Part shown: one piece after another, positions 39,432 to 47,880 of the stretch
Layout of the letters: each line of letters starts with the position of its first letter
Numbering within the stretch: position 1 is the stretch's first letter
DNA from: a virus
Taxonomy: Duplodnaviria; Caudoviricetes
IMG/VR virus record: IMGVR_UViG_3300028549_001137
Coordinates: 24,800 to 88,799 of that record
DNA length: 64,000 nucleotides
Strand: one strand, 5' to 3'
Translations under genes and position numbers: made by a program
Notes under the pieces: model-generated
Told to the model about the DNA's origin: nothing
What the model saw: only the letters and a program-made list of their open reading frames with translations
Databases searched by the model: none

Positions 39432-41027
39432 ATGGACGTAAAAGTATTAAAAGAAGCAGGGTATGAAGAGGCATTGGCAGGTATCGGTCTAAGTTACAAT
39501 ATTACTGATATGAAACGGCTGGAGAAGATCGCACGTACATTGGCGCCAAAAGATGGGGGACATAATAAATTCATCGAGTCAATGGTAGTATGGCTAGAGA
39601 TAAGAGCGCCTAGGTACTGGTGGCAAGAATATGATACATATAGAGTTGCGACTACTAAACAGTCTGAGTGTTACGACGAATATACTGAGGTCCTGACGGA
39701 TAATGGGTGGAAGTTTTTTAAAGACTTGTCTTACACAGATTTAGTATGTACTATTAATTTAACTAATAGACAGATAGAATATCAAAAACCTACAGGCTAT
39801 GTTGCGGATAGATATGTCGGTAAGATGATTAAACTAAAATCAAGGTCAGTTGACCTAGTGGTAACTCCTAACCATAACATGATAGTTAAAAACAGACGTG
39901 GTGACGATCTTAGGCTTATCAAAGCTATTGATTTTACACCCTCCCACGCCATTCCAAAACAAGGTATTTGGGAAGGAAAAGATACCGAACTATTTATTCT
40001 TCCACAGCTGATTTATCAGTGTAAGACGTCTAAGGGAGTGTTTAACAAGACGTGGGAAGAAGTCACTATCTCTATGGATGATTGGTTGTGTTTTATGGGT
40101 GTTTGGTTATCTGAAGGCCATATATATAAAAACAAGGGTAGTTATATTGTGTCTGTATGTCAGGTTGAGGATAGTGATTTTACCAAACAAATAGATGATT
40201 TATTTACAAGATTGCCTTTTAAGGTATATCGGTATACGGAATATAGGGAAGGTAAAAAATCAGTAGTTGTTTGGAGAATCTGTAATAAACAGTTATACGA
40301 GTATTTAGTCCCTTTTGCTAAAGCTAAAAATAAAAATATACCTAAAGAGTTGTTACAACTTTCTGTAAGGCAGTTAAGTATTTTGGGTGATTGGTTAATG
40401 GCTGGTGATGGGTGTGTTACTTTTGACCACTACATATACATTTCTACAAGTAGTAAATTAATAAATTCATTACAGGAGTTATGGTTAAAGCTAGGACATT
40501 CCTCTAGAATCCGTATTCATTGTGAAGCGCGTGATAATTTCAACACTGTATATTCTATAGCACGTCATAAGACAGATTATTCTTATGTAATAAAAGAAGG
40601 TATTAGTGAGGTAGATTATAATGGTATGATTTATTGTGTAGAAACACCCAATAATACTTTATTGGTCCGACGAAATCATAACATTTGCTGGTCAGGTAAT
40701 TCTACGATGCACACAATAACTAAAGGGGAACTAACTCAAGAACATTTTGAACTACCTATTAGCAGGCACACGTTACTATATTTGAACACTCTTATTAGAG
40801 AGTACAGTTTATATGATGGTGACACACACGCTGAGAAAAGAGATAATTTGTTTAGGGCTATTAAAAATGAACTTCCAGAAGGGTTTCTTCAAAATAGAAT
40901 AGTGTGTACAAACTATAAAGTTCTTAAGAATATGGTAGCGCAACGTAAGAACCACAGACTTCCTGAGTGGCAAACATATATTAACGTACTAAAGAATGAG
41001 TTAAAGTTCCCCACGCTGCTATTTTAG
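39432..41027 (+). CDS. ThyX-like (flavin-dependent thymidylate synthase fold) protein split by an intein (187 aa after splicing)
   Basis: GGHNKFIES..LEIRAPRYWWQEYDTYRV..KQSE|STMHT..LPEGFLQNRIVCTNYKVLKNM..QRKNHRLPEW is the short ThyX-like pattern. The canonical RHR..SxR motif is not conserved. Confidence 0.75.
   Translation: MDVKVLKEAGYEEALAGIGLSYNITDMKRLEKIARTLAPKDGGHNKFIESMVVWLEIRAPRYWWQEYDTYRVATTKQSECYDEYTEVLTDNGWKFFKDLSYTDLVCTINLTNRQIEYQKPTGYVADRYVGKMIKLKSRSVDLVVTPNHNMIVKNRRGDDLRLIKAIDFTPSHAIPKQGIWEGKDTELFILPQLIYQCKTSKGVFNKTWEEVTISMDDWLCFMGVWLSEGHIYKNKGSYIVSVCQVEDSDFTKQIDDLFTRLPFKVYRYTEYREGKKSVVVWRICNKQLYEYLVPFAKAKNKNIPKELLQLSVRQLSILGDWLMAGDGCVTFDHYIYISTSSKLINSLQELWLKLGHSSRIRIHCEARDNFNTVYSIARHKTDYSYVIKEGISEVDYNGMIYCVETPNNTLLVRRNHNICWSGNSTMHTITKGELTQEHFELPISRHTLLYLNTLIREYSLYDGDTHAEKRDNLFRAIKNELPEGFLQNRIVCTNYKVLKNMVAQRKNHRLPEWQTYINVLKNELKFPTLLF
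39669..40700 (+). mobile_element. Intein with LAGLIDADG endonuclease (344 aa) in the ThyX-like gene
   Basis: Starts CYDEYTEVLT, VTPNHNM, FMGVWLSEG / WLMAGDG, ends RRNHNICWSGN followed by Ser+1. Confidence 0.92.
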
Positions 41028-41048
41028 GTGGGTTATTTATAGGTAGAA

Positions 41049-41098
41049 TAGGACTATTATTTTAATTACTGTTTTAGGTTATATAGGTAATAGTCCTA
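41049..41098. repeat. 11-bp inverted repeat TAGGACTATTA..TAATAGTCCTA with a 28-nt spacer upstream of the second glycosyltransferase
   Basis: Arms at 41049-41059 and 41088-41098. Confidence 0.55.
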
Positions 41099-41128
41099 CG
41101 CTATACACAATATTAAAAGGAGTTAGGA

Positions 41129-44100
41129 ATGAAGATAAAAGGAATAAGATACACCGGTCCAATACTAGACAATTCAGGTTATGCAAAAGCATGTAGGGGT
41201 AATATACTTGCCTTACATAGTGCGGGAGTACCGTTAAATTTAAATCCAATATCGTTTGAGAATATTTCTCCAGACTTGGGGCCGGATGGAGAGGTAATAA
41301 AAAAACTTATTAACAACGGTGTTGATTACAATGTAAATTTAACACATACCACTCCAGAGTTTTGGTCGAAGTACAAACTAAACGGTGTTAAAAATATTGG
41401 ATATACTATATGGGAAACTACAAAATTACACCCCGCATGGCCAAAATATATAAACGAAGGTTGTGACAAGGTTCTTGTAGGTTGTACATGGAATAAAGAG
41501 GTGTTTAAAGAGAGTGGTGTTAATGTCCCTATAGGGGTTGTTCCTCACGGGATAAATATAGAAGAGTTTGATAATGTAACTCCATTTAATGTAGAGGGTG
41601 TTGACAAAGATCAGTTCATGTTTTATAGTATCTTCCAATGGTGCTACGATGATAAAACAAGAGTACTTACTAAGGACGGCTTTAAATACTTTAAGGATTT
41701 ATCATATTCAGATGAAATAGCCACTTTGAATAAAGAGACTGATGAATTAGAATATCATGTTCCAGAAAAAATAGTTAAGTTTCGTCGTAAAGATAAAATG
41801 TTAAAACTAACAAGTAATCAGTTCAATGTTTGTGTTACACCTGATCATAAGATGGTAGTTAAAGAACATGTTAAAGATGGTTATGGTGTTGATCCTGGTG
41901 ATGTGTGGAAGTTAAAGCCATTAAATGAGTTGTTGATAATTAATAAAGACAATAAGATAAAGGTGTCTGGAAAGTATAGAACAAAGAAAAACTGCAAATG
42001 GACCGGACTTAAAACAGATGTGTTTGAAGTTCCAAAATGTAATAGCGCAGTAGAGGATAAAAAAGAGTGTTTAAAACTAAACATGCCATTATTTCTAAAG
42101 TTTTTTGGATGGTATATCTCAGAGGGGTCATTGGAAAAGTCTTCTAGTTACTATAGGGTGGCAATAACACAAACCAAGAGTGAAGAAAACATCAATGAAA
42201 TTTGGAACTGTGTGAAAGAACTAGGGTTCACACCTATTAAGCACGGTAAAGATACTTTGTTTAATTCTAAAGAGATGTATTATTATCTACTTCAGTTTGG
42301 GAAGTGCTACGAAAAGTTTATTCCTAAAGAACTTAAGGGTTTATGTAAAGAATACATAATGATTTTATTAACGTCTCTTTTTAAAGGTGATGGTTCTTTT
42401 CATAGAAACGGTACTTGGTGTAAGTACGTTACTACATCTAAAAAACTAGCAGAGGATGTCCAGGAGTGTTTACTTAAGGTTGGTTACTCTGGTGCTATTT
42501 CTACTTCAGATCCTACACTTAATAAACCTGGTACTATAGATGGTCGTGAGATAAAAGGAAAAAGATTACAGTACACGGTTTCTGTTAATCGTATGCATAA
42601 TGAACCAAGTATGTATTATGCGGATTTAGAAGAAATAGACTACGATGGTTATGTACATTGTGCTACTGTACCAAATCATACTATGTTGGTGGAAAGAGAA
42701 GGTAAGGTTATTTTTTCTGGTAACACTGAAAGAAAACATCCGCTTGCTATGATCAAGGCTTATTGGTACGCATTCACCGGTAATAAGGATGTTGTCCTTG
42801 TACTTAAGACATATAGAAGCGACTATAGCGAACCAGAAAAAGAAGCAATTCGCGGTACAATTACAAGGCTGAAGAGAATAACTCCTATGGAACACCACCC
42901 TAAGGTGGTTTTTATTTCCAACATGTTATCTGAACAGGAGATGTCAGGGTTACATGCCAGAGGTGATTGTTATGTTTCGCTGGATAGGGGTGAAGGGTTT
43001 GGCCTATGTGTTGGAAAAAATACTAAAATATCAGTACCAGATGGAATAAAGTATGCTAAAGATATTATAGTTGGTGATGAGGTACTATCTGTTGACGGAA
43101 AATTTCATAAGGTAAAAGATGTTTCTTCAAAATATGTTAAAAATGGACTAATCATATCAACAAAACTTCACGAGGATATAGTTGTTAGTAATGACCACCC
43201 ATTTTTGGTTGGAAAAGACATAACTAAACATAAAAGATATAATAATACTGTAGAAGACATTGAGAAATGTTTAGAATGGAGGGAATCAAAGTATTTATCT
43301 GTAGGTGATTATGTGGCTATACCAAAACCAGTAATTAATGAGTGTGTAGATAAAATAGATATATCAACTATAATTAATAATGATTGTATTATTGAGGGAA
43401 ATTTATTATATTTAAAAAATGGATACTCTCCAAAAAATACTAAACATAGTTATAAAAATTTAGTATCTATGTATGGGCACAGTAAGAAGATATTCGAGTC
43501 TGCCGTAAAACATATTAAGTCAGGGACCGAACCCACAAAAGGTACAGACACCCGCACTGCTTTTGAGGTTTTAGATGACATAGGTTATGAAGTAAAAACA
43601 CCTAATAAAATCAATAGATATATAAATATAAATGAGGACGTGTTATCATTATTTGGTTGGTATTTAGCAGAAGGAAGTACTAATAATGATACATTTTTAG
43701 AAATAGACCTACACAGAAAAGAGTATGCTATCGCGTTATATTTATCTGCTGTATTTCAAAATGAGTTTGGAGTGTCTAAAGATTCAATACTAGTAGAAAA
43801 ATATAATAATAAAAGTAGAGTAATAGTTAGTAGTAAAATAATATCTTGTTTATTTTCTACCATGTTTGGAAAAGGGGCAAATAATAAACATATCCCAGGA
43901 TGGTTATTTAAAAAAGGAAACAGTTTATTACCAATGATTAAGGGTTTGTTTGGTGGGGATGGTCACAATAGTGGAAGCACTTATGCTTTGACAACAACAT
44001 CAATTAGTTTGGCTTATCAAGTAAAACTACTATTAAATAGTTTTGGGTATTGTCCTAGAGTTGCTAATAGAGGTAAATCAAAAATAGGTAATTATGACGT

Positions 44101-44638
44101 GTATATTGTATCTATTGCTAATAATAATTATTTATCGTTTATAGGTAAAGATAGTATAGATAATGAAAAAAAGTTTTTTATAGCAACAGATAATTATTTT
44201 TTAGTGAAAGTTACTAAAATAAAAGAGTTACTCTATAATGACAATATGTTTGATTTTTCTGTGGAGGATGGGGAGAGTTTTGTTGGTAATGGGATACTTC
44301 TCCATAACTGCCCTTTCTCTGCCGGGGCTGCCAAAAAGCCAATAGTTATTACAGGATTTGGAGGTGCTACAGAGTACGCTAAAGAGGATAATAGTTACCT
44401 TGTGAATTATAGCCTCACACCAGTTTATGGTATGCCATGGTCTCCGTGGTATAGAGGGGACCAACTATGGGCGGAGCCAGATGTGCTTGATGGTTCAAAT
44501 AAAATGAAGTATGTTTACGAACATCAAAAAGATGCTAAAGAAAAAGGTGAGAAATTACATGATTATATTAAAGATAATTTTTCATGGGAATGTATAGCCA
44601 ATAAAATAGTTACTGAAATAGAGATGTTTGATGAGTAG
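41129..44638 (+). CDS. GT-B (GT4-like) glycosyltransferase interrupted by two inteins (374 aa after splicing)
   Basis: NSGYAKACR, IGYTIWETTKL, VVPHG, FYSIFQW|TERKH, GDCYVSLDRGEGFGL|CPFSAGAAKKPIVITGFGG, WAEPD. Confidence 0.9.
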   Translation: MKIKGIRYTGPILDNSGYAKACRGNILALHSAGVPLNLNPISFENISPDLGPDGEVIKKLINNGVDYNVNLTHTTPEFWSKYKLNGVKNIGYTIWETTKLHPAWPKYINEGCDKVLVGCTWNKEVFKESGVNVPIGVVPHGINIEEFDNVTPFNVEGVDKDQFMFYSIFQWCYDDKTRVLTKDGFKYFKDLSYSDEIATLNKETDELEYHVPEKIVKFRRKDKMLKLTSNQFNVCVTPDHKMVVKEHVKDGYGVDPGDVWKLKPLNELLIINKDNKIKVSGKYRTKKNCKWTGLKTDVFEVPKCNSAVEDKKECLKLNMPLFLKFFGWYISEGSLEKSSSYYRVAITQTKSEENINEIWNCVKELGFTPIKHGKDTLFNSKEMYYYLLQFGKCYEKFIPKELKGLCKEYIMILLTSLFKGDGSFHRNGTWCKYVTTSKKLAEDVQECLLKVGYSGAISTSDPTLNKPGTIDGREIKGKRLQYTVSVNRMHNEPSMYYADLEEIDYDGYVHCATVPNHTMLVEREGKVIFSGNTERKHPLAMIKAYWYAFTGNKDVVLVLKTYRSDYSEPEKEAIRGTITRLKRITPMEHHPKVVFISNMLSEQEMSGLHARGDCYVSLDRGEGFGLCVGKNTKISVPDGIKYAKDIIVGDEVLSVDGKFHKVKDVSSKYVKNGLIISTKLHEDIVVSNDHPFLVGKDITKHKRYNNTVEDIEKCLEWRESKYLSVGDYVAIPKPVINECVDKIDISTIINNDCIIEGNLLYLKNGYSPKNTKHSYKNLVSMYGHSKKIFESAVKHIKSGTEPTKGTDTRTAFEVLDDIGYEVKTPNKINRYININEDVLSLFGWYLAEGSTNNDTFLEIDLHRKEYAIALYLSAVFQNEFGVSKDSILVEKYNNKSRVIVSSKIISCLFSTMFGKGANNKHIPGWLFKKGNSLLPMIKGLFGGDGHNSGSTYALTTTSISLAYQVKLLLNSFGYCPRVANRGKSKIGNYDVYIVSIANNNYLSFIGKDSIDNEKKFFIATDNYFLVKVTKIKELLYNDNMFDFSVEDGESFVGNGILLHNCPFSAGAAKKPIVITGFGGATEYAKEDNSYLVNYSLTPVYGMPWSPWYRGDQLWAEPDVLDGSNKMKYVYEHQKDAKEKGEKLHDYIKDNFSWECIANKIVTEIEMFDE
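41642..42724 (+). mobile_element. Intein a (361 aa, LAGLIDADG) in glycosyltransferase 2
   Basis: Starts CYDDKTRVLT, VTPDHKM, FFGWYISEG / LFKGDG, ends EREGKVIFSGN followed by Thr+1. Confidence 0.92.
43007..44308 (+). mobile_element. Intein b (434 aa, LAGLIDADG) in glycosyltransferase 2
   Basis: Starts CVGKNTKI, SNDHPF, LFGWYLAEGS / GLFGGDG, ends FVGNGILLHN followed by Cys+1. Confidence 0.92.
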
Positions 44639-44808
44639 ATTGATGACGTTGGGTGCTATTACTGAGTTGTTTTCTAAGGAAGGCTACACGGTTTTAGCAC
44701 CTAAATAAGGAGGATTCGGAATGGGATAATAGTAAAGTGCAGGAGTACGATAGAATTTGGGACTGCGGGGAAACTAAATATAAATACACAGGGGAGATTA
44801 TAATATGA
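44631..44808 (+). pseudogene. Internally deleted relic of a homing-endonuclease gene (zinc-ribbon-type start fused to a Hef-like C-terminus)
   Basis: 44631-44708 reads MSRLMTLGAITELFSKEGYTVLAPK*, like the FxxEGYTLL repeats of the two HNH genes. In another frame, 44698-44808 reads ..SEWDNSKVQEYDRIWDCGETKY.., matching YDRIWDCG at the end of 54972-55874. Both ends overlap neighbouring stop/start codons. Confidence 0.7.
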
Positions 44809-45302
44809 AAAAAACACTAAACATAGGCGCTGGAAAAAGAACATTTAAAAATTATCCTACAAACAACTATGAATGTATTAATGTAGATCAACGTGATCTT
44901 GAGAACATAGATGTTGTTTGTGACGTTACAAAACTTCCATTCGAGGACGAGGAGTTTGACTTTATAGTAGCTAGTGATATTGTAGAACACTTTCCAATAT
45001 CAGAAACACAAAGTGTACTACAAGAGTGGGTGCGTGTGCTTAAAAAAGGATGTGTCATAGAGTTCAGACTTCCTAATTTACATGCCATCTGTAAAAAATA
45101 TTTTATGGAGGGTGGAGATGCACGTAATATTTCTTGGCTGCTTTATGGTGGCCAGGACTACCCTGGTAACTTTCATTACGTTGGTTTTGATAAAAAGTTT
45201 TTTAATGAGGAATGTGTCAAGGTAGGACTATCAATGATTTCTTATGGTGAAGAGGGAAACAACATGATCATTCTAATGCGGAGGCCTGGGGAGGGTGAAT
45301 GA
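44805..45302 (+). CDS. Class I SAM-dependent methyltransferase (Methyltransf_11-like)
   Basis: LNIGAGKR, INVD, DVTKLPFEDEEFDFIVASDIVEHF, EWVRVLKKG. Confidence 0.88.
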   Translation: MKKTLNIGAGKRTFKNYPTNNYECINVDQRDLENIDVVCDVTKLPFEDEEFDFIVASDIVEHFPISETQSVLQEWVRVLKKGCVIEFRLPNLHAICKKYFMEGGDARNISWLLYGGQDYPGNFHYVGFDKKFFNEECVKVGLSMISYGEEGNNMIILMRRPGEGE

Positions 45303-46099
45303 TGGATAGTGTATGGGGGTTGGGTTATGATGATTTACTATCGTTGATACATAGTGATACAGATAGAGAGACTGAAGGTGTGGATATAGGTGATATAACT
45401 GTTGTTTGTCATACATCTAACCAATCTAATTTATTACAGCCACTTATAGATTCTGTTAAGGTAATCACAGATAAAATAATTATTCTGAATGATTGCTCAC
45501 AAGATGACACCGTGGTAATTGCTATTGATAATGGCTGTGAGGTATATAATATACCAGAGGGGTGGTTGTATACGCATGGTTTTGGAAAACTTATAGAGTT
45601 TCAGGTAAGTGTGTGTAAATCTGAATATCATTTTCAAATAGATACAGGTGAAACAATTTATGTTCCTAAAAATTGTCCTAAAATAAGTGGAAATATAGTT
45701 GGAAATGTTTGGTTAAATGAACAGACCGGTTCTAACTTACATGGCTCTAAGCAAACAAAGTTTAATAGACTTCTGAGTACAAGAGTTCCAGTAAATTTCC
45801 CCGCCTATATACATGGGGCACCTACAGGTATAGGTGGTGTTAATACAACTAAATCTGAGATAGTAATTCTACACGGTGATAGTAGTGGGCAGCAGTGGTC
45901 CGACTATTATAAAGATAGAAGAAATAGATTGTATTATAAATTGTTAAAAAAAGGGTTTGATGATAGAAGGCTCGAAAATAATTGGTGGTACGAGTATTAT
46001 TCTAAGAATAGCACTATGATAGAGGGAATAATTACAGATACAGAGAATAGAATAGGCACATTAGTTGATACTACAGAAGAAATAACTAAAGTTATATAA
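45299..46099 (+). CDS. GT-A (GT2-like) glycosyltransferase, divergent
   Basis: ITVVCHTSN..IDSVK..IIILNDCSQDDT follows the GT2 N-terminal pattern. The DxD position reads QIDTGE. Confidence 0.6.
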   Translation: MMDSVWGLGYDDLLSLIHSDTDRETEGVDIGDITVVCHTSNQSNLLQPLIDSVKVITDKIIILNDCSQDDTVVIAIDNGCEVYNIPEGWLYTHGFGKLIEFQVSVCKSEYHFQIDTGETIYVPKNCPKISGNIVGNVWLNEQTGSNLHGSKQTKFNRLLSTRVPVNFPAYIHGAPTGIGGVNTTKSEIVILHGDSSGQQWSDYYKDRRNRLYYKLLKKGFDDRRLENNWWYEYYSKNSTMIEGIITDTENRIGTLVDTTEEITKVI

Positions 46100-46114
46100 T
46101 ATAGGAGGTATTTT

Positions 46115-47248
46115 ATGGAAAAAGATATGAGGCCCGAAGAGTATTTATACTGGAAGCAGTTAATGGCCCATCTTAATAATGATACCACAAAGTTTTTTAG
46201 TGGTGAGTTAGTTTATCCAAGACAGTTTGAGATCCATCTTCCAGGTAATGGAAGGTCTCCATGCCAATTAAATTGTGCTCATTGTGCTGGGTCATTGTTT
46301 GATAAGGCTTTAGGTACATGGGAAAAAGATGGATTAGACCTTCTTGACAAGTTAGAGGGCGCCATCCCTTACCATATATACGGAGGGGCGTATACTGAAC
46401 CGTTACTTAATAAGCACTTTATGGACTTTATTAAGATGACTAAGAAGTATAGTAATCACTTTGGTATTCATACTAATGGTGTGTATCTTCAGAAACTAAA
46501 CAATAGAGATAGTTTTCTTAAAGAACTTAGGGACGCATCTACAGACCCTACTGATTATCTTTCTATTAGTCTAGACGCAGGTATGGCAGGCTCATGGTGC
46601 AAAACCAAAGGTGTTAAAAATAGAAGTATGTTCTATAGCATTTTGGACTCGGTGGCTAAGGCTTGTGAACTAAGGAGGGGTTCTGAAAGCAAATCACATG
46701 CCATAAGATTGTGCTATCTTATTTCTCCAGACAGCGGTAATATTGAGGATTTTAAACAAATAATAAATTTTGCCAAAGACGTCGGTGTAGACAGTCTTAG
46801 ATTCTCAATACCATTTGGTACTTATAACCAGTCTTTCGAAGAGGTAAGGAGATATAAAGAGAAGGTAGAAACTCCAGGGGATATAAAGTATAGGGGCTTA
46901 CTAGAAGACTATGTATCAATATCAAAAAATGAGGTTCCATATATATTTTATACTGGCCCCGAATTCACCGATATAGAGGGTTTTGATTTTAATGTGTGCA
47001 CTTATACACTATATCAAATAACTTATGGTGCTGATGGCTATGTATATAGGTGTTCTACTACTGCTACACCTACTGGTAAGCAATGCAGGCTTGGAAAAAT
47101 AACATCCGATCTTGATAAGTTTAAGAAAATGCTTATGTTGAGTAATAACGAGGCTTGGGACTGTAAGAAAAACTGTTTTGATAAGGGTCTCCGTTGCAAT
47201 AGAATGGGCTTTGAGATTAATAGGGCCTATAAATCTATGTTTATTTAA
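46115..47248 (+). CDS. Radical SAM enzyme with SPASM/Twitch-like C-terminal cluster
   Basis: CQLNCAHC (CX3CX2C), GGAYTEP, IHTNG, ISLDAG. C-terminal CTY..ITYGADGYVYRC..LGKI..C..C..C. Confidence 0.85.
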   Translation: MEKDMRPEEYLYWKQLMAHLNNDTTKFFSGELVYPRQFEIHLPGNGRSPCQLNCAHCAGSLFDKALGTWEKDGLDLLDKLEGAIPYHIYGGAYTEPLLNKHFMDFIKMTKKYSNHFGIHTNGVYLQKLNNRDSFLKELRDASTDPTDYLSISLDAGMAGSWCKTKGVKNRSMFYSILDSVAKACELRRGSESKSHAIRLCYLISPDSGNIEDFKQIINFAKDVGVDSLRFSIPFGTYNQSFEEVRRYKEKVETPGDIKYRGLLEDYVSISKNEVPYIFYTGPEFTDIEGFDFNVCTYTLYQITYGADGYVYRCSTTATPTGKQCRLGKITSDLDKFKKMLMLSNNEAWDCKKNCFDKGLRCNRMGFEINRAYKSMFI

Positions 47249-47259
47249 AAGCAGGTATT

Positions 47260-47880
47260 ATGAAATCATTAACACATAGTAGGAACGTTCAATATAGAAA
47301 CGACGGGTTTAGTATAGGTAAAGGCGCGAGGGTGTGGGGCACTATAGATAAACATGCCATATGTGTAAGTATAGGTGATTATACTACTATAGGTGGGGAG
47401 TCGTTTATAGCCACTCATTGCCCTATTAAAGGACATTCTCTTGAACGGCTATCAGTACATATAGATAAGGATGTATGGGTTGGTTTTAGGTCTTCTATCG
47501 CTCCAGGTACTACAATAGGACGTAGGACAATAGTAGGTATGTCTAGTGTAGTCACTGGTCGTATTCAAAAAGATTCTATATACGCTGGAAATCCAGCAAG
47601 AAGAATAAGGTGTAGACACCCCATAGAAACTGTACGCACCAGGTTATATACTAGACAAGGGTTATCTTGTGTACCACACCAACCTCCGAAATGGGACCTT
47701 ACGGAAGCAGATATAGTGGATATATTTGATGATGTAATAAAGGATGTGTCATTTGATAAGTTTAAGTTTCTTCTGGATGGTGGTTTTTGTAATCACGCAT
47801 TAAAAACCTACGAGCGTCCTTTAGGTACTATAGAAGAGATTATATCTATGTTTGATGCTATATATAGAGGAAAAATATGA
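47260..47880 (+). CDS. Hexapeptide-repeat (left-handed beta-helix) acyltransferase
   Basis: SIGKGARV, SIGDYTTIGGES, HIDKDVWVG, TIGRRTIVGMSSVVT, IYAGNPAR. Confidence 0.85.
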   Translation: MKSLTHSRNVQYRNDGFSIGKGARVWGTIDKHAICVSIGDYTTIGGESFIATHCPIKGHSLERLSVHIDKDVWVGFRSSIAPGTTIGRRTIVGMSSVVTGRIQKDSIYAGNPARRIRCRHPIETVRTRLYTRQGLSCVPHQPPKWDLTEADIVDIFDDVIKDVSFDKFKFLLDGGFCNHALKTYERPLGTIEEIISMFDAIYRGKI

